The position numbers and the translations under genes were made by a program. A DNA stretch of 64,000 bases from Bacteroidaceae bacterium (GTDB lineage Bacteria; Bacteroidota; Bacteroidia; Bacteroidales; Barnesiellaceae_A), in the NCBI GenBank assembly GCA_017531985.1, contig JAFXJY010000045.1:11730-75729 (forward strand), in the 5' to 3' direction. The notes under the pieces were generated by a model that did not search any database, was not told the origin of the DNA, and saw nothing but the letters and a program-made list of their open reading frames with translations. Positions 29,519-38,639 of the stretch are shown here, in pieces; position 1 is the first letter of the stretch, and every line of letters starts with the position of its first letter.

Positions 29519-31036
29519 TTAAAGTCGCAACTTGCGGAATGCTTTTCCTAAACATGCAATGATGTCCTGTGCAGTGATAGCCTCTGGGCTGCTTTCTGCG
29601 GCGGCAATATCACCTGCTAAGCCATGCAGATGAACACCTAAGACTGCCGCATTGATAGGTTCGTACCCCTGTGCCAGAAGAGATGTGATAATACCTGTCA
29701 GTACGTCGCCGCTACCGGCAGTGGCCATGCCATTGTTGCCACTATTGTTGAGATACAATTCTCCACTGGGCGATGCGATAGCTGTGTGAGCACCTTTCAG
29801 TACAATAATGATGTTGTAGGTTTTAGCCATAAGAATGGCTTGCTGGAAACGATGTGAATCGCTGTCTATCATGCTATCAAACAGATCCTCAAATTCATCT
29901 TTGTGTGGTGTGAGGATGGAGTGATAGGGTAGTACGTCCAATAGTTCCCGATTGATAGCCATGATGCGTAGGGCATCGGCATCAAAGACAACGGGTATAT
30001 TGATGTCGGAGGTGAGTAGGTCGCGAAGACATATCGAAGGTTTGCTGCCATGTCCCATGCCCGGACCTATGCCCAGTGCTTTGTACTTGTTGTGTAATTG
30101 TATGTGGCTGCACTCCATGTCATCTTCATCTTTTTCGTATATGGCCTCAGGAATACTCGTTTGCAGTATATTGTAAGCACACTTAGGAGCGTGAACGGTT
30201 GTGAGTCCCACGCCTGAGTGCATAGCTGCCTTGGCGGCCAGTGTAATGGCTCCTACCATTCCAAATCGCCCTCCGGTGAGGAGTGCATGTCCGAATGTTT
30301 TCTTGTCGGCAAACTTGTCACGCGACTTTAACAACAAAGCTGCATCCTCCTTCTCGACACAATATGTGCGTGATGAATTGTTTGTGGCAGGATCGGGTTG
30401 GAGACCTATGTTAAGTACTTTCCAGTGTCCTACATAGGGAGCATTCTCGCGGAAGAAGAACGGAAGTTTGGGGTACTGGAAGGTGTATGTAATGTTAGCA
30501 TTGATTATGTGGCGAGCCTCGTTGTACTGATCCCATCCGCAAGTTAGTCCCGTAGGGACGTCGATGGATATAACAAAAGCATCTGACTCGTTGATATATT
30601 TTACGAGAGCGGTGTATCCACCGGTAAGAACTTTGGTCATTCCTGTACCGAAGATGCCGTCTATAACAAGTGTCTGCGATGTAAGCTTGGGCGGATTGAA
30701 TTTGTTGGTAATCTCAAATAGTTGAGAATCGGGATATTCGTTTTTAAGTCGCTCCAAGTTGCTTTCGCAGTCGTTAGAGAGTGTTGTTGTCTTGAATAGA
30801 TATATTTCGGGGTTATATCCCTCGACAAGAAGAAGTCGTGCTACGGCCAGTGCGTCACCGCCATTGTTTCCCGGTCCGCCAAAGATGCAGATGTGTTTGT
30901 TGCGTTGGTATTGTGAAACTATTTCGCGAACTACGGCAGTAGCTGCACGTTCCATCAGCTCCAACGATGAAATATTCTCTTTCCTGATAGTGTCTTGATC
31001 GATTTGTCGTAAATCGTTGACTGAAAAAATCTTCAT
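29519..31036 (-). CDS. nnr: bifunctional NAD(P)H-hydrate repair enzyme (epimerase / ADP-dependent dehydratase)
   Basis: 505 aa. YjeF_N motif GGPGNNGGDALAVARLL. C-terminal kinase-like domain with GSGDVLTGIITSLLAQG. Confidence 0.88.
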   Translation of the reverse strand: MKIFSVNDLRQIDQDTIRKENISSLELMERAATAVVREIVSQYQRNKHICIFGGPGNNGGDALAVARLLLVEGYNPEIYLFKTTTLSNDCESNLERLKNEYPDSQLFEITNKFNPPKLTSQTLVIDGIFGTGMTKVLTGGYTALVKYINESDAFVISIDVPTGLTCGWDQYNEARHIINANITYTFQYPKLPFFFRENAPYVGHWKVLNIGLQPDPATNNSSRTYCVEKEDAALLLKSRDKFADKKTFGHALLTGGRFGMVGAITLAAKAAMHSGVGLTTVHAPKCAYNILQTSIPEAIYEKDEDDMECSHIQLHNKYKALGIGPGMGHGSKPSICLRDLLTSDINIPVVFDADALRIMAINRELLDVLPYHSILTPHKDEFEDLFDSMIDSDSHRFQQAILMAKTYNIIIVLKGAHTAIASPSGELYLNNSGNNGMATAGSGDVLTGIITSLLAQGYEPINAAVLGVHLHGLAGDIAAAESSPEAITAQDIIACLGKAFRKLRL

Positions 31037-31219
31037 AAGAAAACTCCCTGATTTTTAATAATGTCAAATGCAAAGATGGTTCTAACCCGAAGAAAAAATA
31101 TTGAGCATACTCTGATACTTCATGGCGATTGTCAACCATCTTCGTGATTAATCGCAAAGATATATATTTGTCTTGAAATGCCAATGCATGTGAGCTAAAT
31201 TATTTCAGCCTCTTCATTT

Positions 31220-31235
31220 TAGGGAACTTCTATCG
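31220..31235 (+). repeat. solo terminus of the MITE-like element family
   Basis: TAGGGAACTTCTATCG matches the element terminus at 14/14 positions. I recognised no convincing partner within 300 bp. Confidence 0.4.
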
Positions 31236-31331
31236 TATCTAATTAAAATAGCCATAAAAATATTGCCTTATATATGCCCAAATATGCATATTAAATTGTA
31301 ACTTTGCCGAAATTCATTACATTTACGGGTT

Positions 31332-31874
31332 ATGGATACAATAAAACTGAAAGACTTGACATTTAAGCCCTATATAAGTAGGGATGAAATAGCACAGGCG
31401 GTACGCAATGTGGCGGCTCGCATCAACGAAGACTTGGCCGATAAAAATCCCCTTTTCTTGTGTGTGCTGAATGGTGCGTTTATTTTTGCAGCCGATCTAT
31501 TCCGAGAAATAAATATTCCCGGAGCCGAGATTTCATTTATTCGCATGAAGTCTTATATAGGTACACACAGTACAGGTGAAGTGCATATGATATCGGGGTT
31601 GCACGAAGATATTTCAGGTCGCACAGTTGTTATTGTAGAGGATATTGTCGACTCGGGATTTACTCTTATACAATTGAAAGAAAAATTGCAAGAGTGTAAT
31701 CCTGCCGAGATCAAGGTGGCAACACTTCTCTTTAAGCCCGACTCGTTGAAGTATGATGTAAATATAGATTATGTAGCTCTCGATATACCACCGGCCTTTA
31801 TAGTCGGCTATGGTCTTGACTACGACGACTTGGGGCGTAACTTGAAGGATATATATACAATCGTTCAAGATTGA
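31332..31874 (+). CDS. hpt: hypoxanthine phosphoribosyltransferase
   Basis: 180 aa. PRPP-binding motif VVIVEDIVDSGFTL. Confidence 0.9.
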   Translation: MDTIKLKDLTFKPYISRDEIAQAVRNVAARINEDLADKNPLFLCVLNGAFIFAADLFREINIPGAEISFIRMKSYIGTHSTGEVHMISGLHEDISGRTVVIVEDIVDSGFTLIQLKEKLQECNPAEIKVATLLFKPDSLKYDVNIDYVALDIPPAFIVGYGLDYDDLGRNLKDIYTIVQD

Positions 31875-31907
31875 TAATTGAAAAACTTTATAAAAACATA
31901 GCGTGTA

Positions 31908-32480
31908 ATGAAAAACATAGTGATTTTTGGAGCTCCCGGTTCAGGTAAAGGAACACAAAGTGATTTGCTCATTAAGAAGTATGGATTGTATCATATCTCT
32001 ACGGGAGATGTGTTGCGTGAACAGATTGCATTGGGTAGCGAGTTGGGTAAGATAGCCGAATCTTATATATCGCATGGAAAACTGATACCCGATGATTTGA
32101 TGATAGAAATACTTGATGATGTGTTATCGAAGCATCCCGAATCGGGTATAGGGGTCATCTTTGATGGCTTCCCTCGCACAATCAAGCAGGCCGAGGCTCT
32201 TGATGAGTTGCTTGCCAAGCGAAATTCGCAACTGAATGTAGTACTGGGACTTGAAGTTGAGGAAGAAGAACTGGTGGCTCGCTTGCTTAATCGTGGTAAG
32301 ACATCGGGTAGAAGTGACGATAACTTGGAGACGATACACAAACGCCTTGATGTGTATAAGTCGCAGACAACTCCATTAAAAGAGCATTATATGGAGCAGG
32401 GTAAATATGTGGCAATACATGGAATGGGTGCAGTGGAAGATATATTTGCCTGTATCCAAGAGGTCGTAGACGCTCTGTAA
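31908..32480 (+). CDS. adk: adenylate kinase
   Basis: 190 aa. P-loop GAPGSGKGTQ, then ISTGDVLR. Short lid form. Confidence 0.93.
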   Translation: MKNIVIFGAPGSGKGTQSDLLIKKYGLYHISTGDVLREQIALGSELGKIAESYISHGKLIPDDLMIEILDDVLSKHPESGIGVIFDGFPRTIKQAEALDELLAKRNSQLNVVLGLEVEEEELVARLLNRGKTSGRSDDNLETIHKRLDVYKSQTTPLKEHYMEQGKYVAIHGMGAVEDIFACIQEVVDAL

Positions 32481-32497
32481 GATTTAGAAACAGCCGA

Positions 32498-32547
32498 CAT
32501 AACAATCAAGGCATACGGTCACTAACCGTATGCCTTGATTTGTTATG
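32498..32547. terminator. bidirectional terminator hairpin between adk and rnc
   Basis: ATCAAGGCATACGGT (32505-32519) pairs with ACCGTATGCCTTGAT (32525-32539), a perfect 15-bp stem. It extends with one bulge and is followed by TTGTT. Confidence 0.7.
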
Positions 32548-32657
32548 TGACACAGGGCGTTCTGTTGTTGAGATTATGATAGATACCCTCAAAGGGTAAT
32601 ACAAGATATTGCTCACACATGCAATGGTGAGCGGAATGATAGTATCACTATAATCAA

Positions 32658-33458
32658 TTATAAAACCGGGGGTGTTGTAGCCGGTGATGTGGTGTAGGAA
32701 AGTTGTAACTCTTGTAGTTCTTCCAAGAGTCCTTTGTGTCTCTTGATGTATCTGACGGCTTCGTGAGCAGCATTTTGTTGAGCCTCCTTCTTGGTGTAAC
32801 CCGACCCCTCGCCCATGACTCTGCCGGCAATAGAGACCTGTGAATGGAAGATGATGTTGTTGTGATCGTCGTTGGAGGCATTGTCTATTTCGAAGTTGTA
32901 TGATAGTCGATGGTGTTGACACCATTCTATAAGGCGAGACTTGAAGTTAACCTCTTGTCGTGCCAATTTTTCAATGTCGATATACTTCTTGATGATGGCC
33001 TCCTCGACAATGTATCGACAGCGTTCAAATCCTTGGTCTATATAAATAGCACCAATGATGGCTTCAAGTGCATTTCCGAAGGTATAGTTGTTGTGCGATT
33101 GTGAATGTATTGAAGTCTCTATAATTCTATCAAGTCCTATCTCTTTGGCTACTTGATTGAGTGTTTCACGTTGCACTATCTTGGAGCGTGTCTTTGATAG
33201 AAAACCTTCTTCTTTGGATTTGTAGGTATTGTATAATATATCCGACACGATGGTACTTAGTACGGCATCGCCCAAAAATTCGAGTCGTTCGTTGTCGCCT
33301 CTCTCTTGATTGCGACGTGACACCGAGCGATGTCGGCAAGCCTGTTGGAATAGGGCTATGTTGTTGGGGAGAAACCCCAACATGTTGTAAAAGGTACAAT
33401 ACGGCTCTTTGCGTCGTAACGCAAAGAGCCGTATTGAGTTGTAGAGTTTACGAAACAC
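32658..33458 (-). CDS. rnc: ribonuclease III
   Basis: 266 aa. Signature ERLEFLGDAVL. C-terminal dsRBD with GSGYTKKEAQQNAAHEA. Confidence 0.92.
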   Translation of the reverse strand: MFRKLYNSIRLFALRRKEPYCTFYNMLGFLPNNIALFQQACRHRSVSRRNQERGDNERLEFLGDAVLSTIVSDILYNTYKSKEEGFLSKTRSKIVQRETLNQVAKEIGLDRIIETSIHSQSHNNYTFGNALEAIIGAIYIDQGFERCRYIVEEAIIKKYIDIEKLARQEVNFKSRLIEWCQHHRLSYNFEIDNASNDDHNNIIFHSQVSIAGRVMGEGSGYTKKEAQQNAAHEAVRYIKRHKGLLEELQELQLSYTTSPATTPPVL

Positions 33459-33460
33459 GA

Positions 33461-34726
33461 TTATTGCTCAAATTTTTTCAAGATAACACATGCGTTGTGT
33501 CCACCAAATCCGAATGTGTTGGACATAGTGGCACGTATTTCTCTCTTCTGTGCCTTGTTGAAGGTAAAATTGAGGCTGTAATCAATTTCAGGATCGTTAT
33601 CGCCTTCTTCGTGGTTGATGGTTGGTGGCACAATGCCGCTTTCCATAGCTTTGATGCATAATACAGCTTCCAATGCTCCTGCTGCACCTAAAAGGTGTCC
33701 GGTCATTGACTTGGTCGAACTGATATTGAGCTTGTAAGCATGTTCACCGAATACCTCTTTGATGGCTTTGATTTCCGAAATATCTCCCACAGGTGTAGAT
33801 GTTCCATGGGTATTGATGTAGTCAATGTCTTCGGGCTTCATGTTGGCATCTTCCAAGGCATTTCGCATTACCAGTTTTGCACCCAATCCTTCGGGATGTG
33901 TGGCAGTTAAGTGGTAGGCATCGGCGGCAAGTCCGCCACCGGCTATCTCGGCGTATATTTTAGCTCCACGAGCCAGTGCGTGTTCAAGTTCTTCTAATAT
34001 GAGGCAGTTGCCTCCCTCACCCATGACAAAACCGTCACGCGAGCCACTGAATGGGCGTGAGGCTGTTGAAGGCGAGTCGTTGCGTGTCGAGAGGGCATGC
34101 ATGGCATTAAAGCCTCCCACTCCACATGCATAAATGGCAGCTTCGGCACCACCCGAGATGATTACATCGGCTTTACCTAAGCGGATGTAATTGTAGGCGT
34201 CTATCAGGGCGTGGTTCGAGGATGCACATGCCGAGACCGTTCCAAAGTTGGGACCATGAAATCCGTATATCATCGATATTTGTCCTGCGGCTATGTCGGC
34301 AATCATCTTGGGGATGAAGAATGGACTATAACGTGGACCTCGATCGGGGTTCTTGGCATAGTTGGATACTTCTTGTTCAAATGTACCCAATCCACCTATA
34401 CCGGCGGCAAATATTACTCCGGCACGTTCGCGGTTGATTTTTTCTACGTCGATACCCGAGTCGTTCATGGCTTCTTTGACCGATGCGATGGCATATTGTG
34501 CATATAGGTCGAGCTTGCGTACTTCTTTGATGTTGTCAAAGTAGTTGAGTGGCTCGAAGTTTTTTACCTCGCAAGCAAATTGTGTCTTGAACTCACTGGC
34601 ATCAAAATGTGTAATAGGTCCAGCTCCACTTACTCCACGGATGGCAGCATCCCACGTCTCTGTGACACTGTTACCGAGTGGCGTAATTGAACCCAGACCT
34701 GTTACTACTACTCTTTTTAGCTCCAT
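33461..34726 (-). CDS. fabF: beta-ketoacyl-ACP synthase II
   Basis: 421 aa. Active-site Cys in VSACASS, plus HGTSTPVGD and GHLLGAAG. Confidence 0.93.
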   Translation of the reverse strand: MELKRVVVTGLGSITPLGNSVTETWDAAIRGVSGAGPITHFDASEFKTQFACEVKNFEPLNYFDNIKEVRKLDLYAQYAIASVKEAMNDSGIDVEKINRERAGVIFAAGIGGLGTFEQEVSNYAKNPDRGPRYSPFFIPKMIADIAAGQISMIYGFHGPNFGTVSACASSNHALIDAYNYIRLGKADVIISGGAEAAIYACGVGGFNAMHALSTRNDSPSTASRPFSGSRDGFVMGEGGNCLILEELEHALARGAKIYAEIAGGGLAADAYHLTATHPEGLGAKLVMRNALEDANMKPEDIDYINTHGTSTPVGDISEIKAIKEVFGEHAYKLNISSTKSMTGHLLGAAGALEAVLCIKAMESGIVPPTINHEEGDNDPEIDYSLNFTFNKAQKREIRATMSNTFGFGGHNACVILKKFEQ

Positions 34727-34729
34727 AGA

Positions 34730-34972
34730 TTATTTTTCAGCTAAGGCTTTTTCGATGTGTTCGATAGCCTCGCCTACTGTTGTAATTTTTTCTGCTGCTT
34801 CGTCTTCAATCTTGATGTCGAAAGCGTTTTCGAAATCCATAATCATCTCAACTGTATCGAGTGAATCGGCACCCAAATCGTTTGTAAAGCTAGCTTCGTT
34901 TGTAACGGCAGATTCGGGACGACCCAAACGTTCTGCGATGATTGATTTTACTTTTACTGCAACTTCAGACAT
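34730..34972 (-). CDS. acpP: acyl carrier protein
   Basis: The ORF track begins at 35017; I place the start at ATG 34972 ([12 protein letters not shown]). Phosphopantetheine attachment site [10 protein letters not shown]. Confidence 0.92.
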   Translation of the reverse strand: MSEVAVKVKSIIAERLGRPESAVTNEASFTNDLGADSLDTVEMIMDFENAFDIKIEDEAAEKITTVGEAIEHIEKALAEK

Positions 34973-35151
34973 AGTTTTTCTATTTTTTAAATGAATAATA
35001 AGAAGTTTTTTCTGCAAAAATGCTGTGCAAAGTAAATGCTTTTTGTTGAGAAATGTTCCAAATTTAGCTGAGAAAATGCTATTATTTGCACAGATGTATT
35101 GCTAATGTGCATGTTTTGCAACATGTTTTTTGCTTTCCAGCCCCCATTCTG

Positions 35152-35895
35152 TTATTCTGCTGTTGTTGGAGTGGAAGTGGTGTTATGTGTCTTGTAATTG
35201 GTAATATTAAGAAGTGTAGGGTCTAATTTTTCTTTTATTTCAAGAGGATTGTTGGCAAAAACATATTCTTCATTGATGGGTGTTCCATCGGTTGTTGTAT
35301 AGGTTACTTGATATATTGATGCGATAACTTCGTTCTTGTCGCGTTCGAAGTAGGGTTGGGCTAATGGATGTTGTGCAATATAGTTTTCTACACCTTGTTG
35401 CTCGAAGGTTTGATATTCGGCTTTCTGATTCTCGGCATTGCGTATGAACGAATAGCTGCGTGAAGTGTCGAACTTAACATATTCCTCATGGTTAGAGGGT
35501 AATTTTTGTGCAGCTTTCAAGTAGCCTTCTATTTTATTCTTATATTTAATGTCGTTGCCATGCTTGCGTTTGGCGTCGTTATATTTTTTCATGTAGTCCT
35601 CGTGGCGAAGAATTTTCGACTTTTCGTCTTGTTCGCAATCGGCTTGCTTTTCTTCCCAGGCTTGTTTCTTCTCGGCGAGGAGTGTTTGGTATTCTGTTGC
35701 AAGTGTTACGGTGTAGTATCCGATGCTGTCGGCTACTGTAATGTCGCGTGTATGTGCCAAGGTCAAGCTTTTGTCTGCGATGTTATCTTGTCCGATGTAG
35801 TCGATAAGGGCGTTCTTATAGTCTTCTTCGGTAATTTGTGTCGTGCATGCACACAAGGCAATGCATGCAAGGGCAATGATTGATGATTTTTTCAT
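35152..35895 (-). CDS. lipoprotein, function unknown
   Basis: 247 aa. Signal with lipobox ALCAC. K/E-rich middle part and T-rich C-terminus. Confidence 0.65.
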   Translation of the reverse strand: MKKSSIIALACIALCACTTQITEEDYKNALIDYIGQDNIADKSLTLAHTRDITVADSIGYYTVTLATEYQTLLAEKKQAWEEKQADCEQDEKSKILRHEDYMKKYNDAKRKHGNDIKYKNKIEGYLKAAQKLPSNHEEYVKFDTSRSYSFIRNAENQKAEYQTFEQQGVENYIAQHPLAQPYFERDKNEVIASIYQVTYTTTDGTPINEEYVFANNPLEIKEKLDPTLLNITNYKTHNTTSTPTTAE

Positions 35896-36016
35896 AAATG
35901 CATTTTTTTAAGTTGTGTATAATTATTTGTGGTGCAAAACTACGCTTTTTATTTGAAATAAAGGGTAAAACGGCTAAAACTTTGTACTTTTGTGTCGCAA
36001 TAGCATGAAGTGTATA

Positions 36017-36286
36017 TAGGGAACTTCTATCCTTTGCTTTGTTATGATTGATTGTTTTTTCTTAGAGTAGACTTTGACCGAATGAGCATAGCGAGCTATC
36101 TGACAGAGATGAAAGATACTAATAAGCGAGCGAGAAATATCCAACTTGCTTGAATGTTTTTCACAGCGTGCAAAAGTCTCTTAGCGATTTACCACAAAGA
36201 TAGGAAGAAAAAACATCAAGCAAAGAAAAAGAAAGTTGCCCTTAACGAGTGAATGTTTAATATGTGGAATTTACAAAAGTTCCCTA
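36017..36286 (-). repeat. MITE-like inverted-repeat element, copy C (full length, 270 bp, imperfect palindrome)
   Basis: TAGGGAACTTCTAT at 36017-36030. The reversed 44-nt module TAACGAGTGAATGTTTAATATGTGGAATTTACAAAAGTTCCCTA lies at 36243-36286. Its reverse complement aligns to copy A at both ends. Confidence 0.7.
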
Positions 36287-36299
36287 TATTTAGTTGTAT

Positions 36300-37043
36300 A
36301 TGGATATAAGAAGAGCTGTTGAAAGCTATATGAAACGATTGTCGGTATCAACGATGTGTTGCAAAGCGGCACTCATTGATATGGATGGTGTCTTGTATGA
36401 TTCAATGCCCCATCATGCCGAGGCATGGTATCGAACCATTGCTCCACTGGGTATAGAGTGTAGTCGCGAGGAGTTTTTTATGCTGGAAGGAAGTACTCGC
36501 ACTCGCACAATTAATTTACTCTTCAATCGTGCCTATGGGCATGATGCTGCCGAGGAGTTGTCGTTGCAACTATATGCCGAGAAGGTGCGTCAGTTTAGAG
36601 CCTTGGGTGAGGTGCTGCCTATGCAAGGTGCCGGACGGGTTATTGATGTGTTGCTGTTGCATAATGTACGGACAATCTTGGTTACGGGATCGAGTCAAGG
36701 TACATTGCTCGAACGCCTTGATGACGACTATCCCGGTGCCTTTAACGAGCCGTTTCGTATCACAGGTGAAGATGTTACTCATGGCAAACCTTCTCCTGAA
36801 CCCTATCTGATGGGATTGAAACGGGCAAAGGTGTCGGCTCACGAAGCTATTGTTATAGAAAATGCACCCTTGGGTGTGGAGGCCGGTGTCGCAGCCGGTG
36901 TCTTTACCGTTGCGGTCAATACGGGGCCGATACCCCCGCAAGCTCTATATGAGTCAGGTGCCGATATTGTTTTTGACTCGATGACCCATTTTGCTGAACA
37001 TATTACAGAATTAATCGACATCATTAATACGACTACTTTATGA
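36300..37043 (+). CDS. HAD-superfamily hydrolase (beta-phosphoglucomutase-like subfamily)
   Basis: Motif I is LIDMDGVLYDS; also VTGSS and ENAPLGVEAG. The track start at 36294 is a TTG. ATG 36300 is used here, but ATG 36354 (MCCKAALIDMDG) is equally plausible. Confidence 0.75.
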   Translation: MDIRRAVESYMKRLSVSTMCCKAALIDMDGVLYDSMPHHAEAWYRTIAPLGIECSREEFFMLEGSTRTRTINLLFNRAYGHDAAEELSLQLYAEKVRQFRALGEVLPMQGAGRVIDVLLLHNVRTILVTGSSQGTLLERLDDDYPGAFNEPFRITGEDVTHGKPSPEPYLMGLKRAKVSAHEAIVIENAPLGVEAGVAAGVFTVAVNTGPIPPQALYESGADIVFDSMTHFAEHITELIDIINTTTL

Positions 37044-38092
37044 GCGAAAAGTTGGTATTTACTTATAATGTAAACAATGCCATCCGTGAGGTGTTGAGCG
37101 AACTGCAATACGACAAATGTTTTGTGTTGTGCGATGAGAATAGTTATGTTCATGCCGGACCTATGCTTGCATCGTTGCATGATTTACTATCCGATGTAAT
37201 AATTATACCTCCTACCGATTTTCATAAAAATCTCGACACCTTGACTGCGGTGTGGCAGCGATTGATATGTGGCGGTGCATCGCGACAGTCGTTGCTTATA
37301 AATGTAGGAGGGGGTGTAGTGACCGACCTTGGAGGTATGGCTGCTGCTACTTTCAAGCGAGGTATTCGTTATATTAATGTACCCACCACGTTGTTGGGTA
37401 TAGTGGATGCAGCTGTTGGGGGCAAGACAGGGATAAACTTCGAGGGATTGAAAAATGAGATTGGAGTATTTGCACGTCCCGAGGCGGTACTTGTTACGAC
37501 CGAATTTATGACCACGCTGCCGCGTGAGGAATTATTATCGGGATATGCCGAGATGATAAAGCATGCACTCATTGATGGTGAAGAACATTATCGTGATATA
37601 CTTGGGTGTGATGTAATCAATGCATGGAGTACTATGTTGCCCATTATTCGCCGGTCTATTGCTGTCAAACAGCGACTTGTAGAGCTTGACCCGCGTGAGC
37701 AAAGTGTTAGAAAAATGCTCAACTTGGGGCATACCGTGGGGCATGCTTTCGAGAGTCATGCTCTTGCCCAAGGTACCCCCATTCGTCATGGTTATGCGGT
37801 AGCATGGGGATTGGTGTGTGAACTATTAATAGCACATCGCCGTCTTAATTTTCCATCGGCGATTATTTACGACTTAGCAAGATATATCGAACGATATTAT
37901 GGAGCCTATGTAATTACTTGTAACGATTATAACGACCTATACAGCTATTTGCTGCATGATAAGAAGAATTATTCGGGACGACTCAACTTTACATTATTGC
38001 GTAACCTTGGCGATTGTGTGGTAGATTGTCATGTAACGCAAGATGAAGTAGAGATTGCGTTGGATTTTTATCGCGACCTTTTTCATCTGTAA
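37040..38092 (+). CDS. aroB: 3-dehydroquinate synthase
   Basis: 350 aa. GGGVVTDLGGMAAATFKRGIRYINVPTTLL and LNLGHTVGHAFE. ATGA overlap with the preceding gene. Confidence 0.88.
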   Translation: MSEKLVFTYNVNNAIREVLSELQYDKCFVLCDENSYVHAGPMLASLHDLLSDVIIIPPTDFHKNLDTLTAVWQRLICGGASRQSLLINVGGGVVTDLGGMAAATFKRGIRYINVPTTLLGIVDAAVGGKTGINFEGLKNEIGVFARPEAVLVTTEFMTTLPREELLSGYAEMIKHALIDGEEHYRDILGCDVINAWSTMLPIIRRSIAVKQRLVELDPREQSVRKMLNLGHTVGHAFESHALAQGTPIRHGYAVAWGLVCELLIAHRRLNFPSAIIYDLARYIERYYGAYVITCNDYNDLYSYLLHDKKNYSGRLNFTLLRNLGDCVVDCHVTQDEVEIALDFYRDLFHL

Positions 38093-38146
38093 ATGAGGGT
38101 GTTACAGATTGTCATAAAAAATATTTTAAAAAAAAGCGAAAAAAAA

Positions 38147-38177
38147 TTTGTCAATAACATAAAAAGCAGTACCTTTG
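38147..38177 (+). promoter_or_regulatory. Bacteroidota-type promoter for tRNA-Pro (TTTG-N19-TACCTTTG)
   Basis: TTTG at 38147-38150, a 19-nt spacer, then TACCTTTG at 38170-38177. The tRNA starts at 38194. Confidence 0.6.
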
Positions 38178-38193
38178 CATCACCTCAACGGAA

Positions 38194-38268
38194 CGGGATG
38201 TAGCTCAGCCCGGTTAGAGTACACGTCTGGGGGGCGTGTTGTCGCTGGTTCGAATCCAGTCATCCCGA
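38194..38268 (+). tRNA. tRNA-Pro (anticodon GGG)
   Basis: Hand-folded cloverleaf. Acceptor stem CGGGATG/CATCCCG. Anticodon stem CACGT/GCGTG with loop CTGGGGG. T arm GCTGG-TTCGAAT-CCAGT. Confidence 0.88.
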
Positions 38269-38275
38269 CCGAGTA

Positions 38276-38309
38276 AAAGAGTCAAGCAATTGCTTGACTC
38301 TTTTTTTTA
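38276..38309 (+). terminator. intrinsic terminator after tRNA-Pro
   Basis: AGAGTCAAGCAATTGCTTGACTCT is a palindrome and is followed by T8. Confidence 0.8.
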
Positions 38310-38639
38310 TTGCTCCCGATTTTGACCAATAAGGGGACTGGGGGGACAGCCGAAAAAAGGTGGGGAAGACAAAAATAGTGTATTTGTACCAAGAATACAG
38401 AAATACTACTCTCACTGGTAAGGGGTCAGTGAATAATAGGTGGTTCAGAAAAACGTTGGCAAGGAACGTTGTACAAAAGAACCTGTTTTTGTGGATATGG
38501 TGAAGATAGATGTTATTGATATAGGACAAATAATCATTATTCAGGGGATAGAAAACAATTATAAAAGTTTGTATTTATTGCATAAGTTTTGTAATATTGC
38601 ACCCATATTGTATTTTGTTTAATAAAAAATGAATAATCT

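Noticed and set aside
32506-34994. ORFs 32506..32925 (-), 32654..32881 (-), 33161..33661 (+) and 34545..34994 (+), which overlap rnc, fabF and acpP
   Set aside because: They are alternative-frame or antisense ORFs within confidently identified genes and carry no motifs.
36015-36030. The repeat terminus TATAGGGAACTTC resembles the FRT arm GTATAGGAACTTC of yeast FLP recombinase, which could suggest an engineering scar
   Set aside because: It has one extra G and no inverted partner across an 8-bp spacer. Multiple diverged copies lie within larger homologous elements. I judge the resemblance coincidental, and there is no other sign of vector sequence.
38333-38365. G-rich tract GGGGACTGGGGGGACAGCCGAAAAAAGGTGGGG after the tRNA-Pro terminator, as a possible G-quadruplex
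   Set aside because: Only three runs of at least 3 G are properly spaced, so it is not a canonical four-run G4 motif. I have no supporting context.
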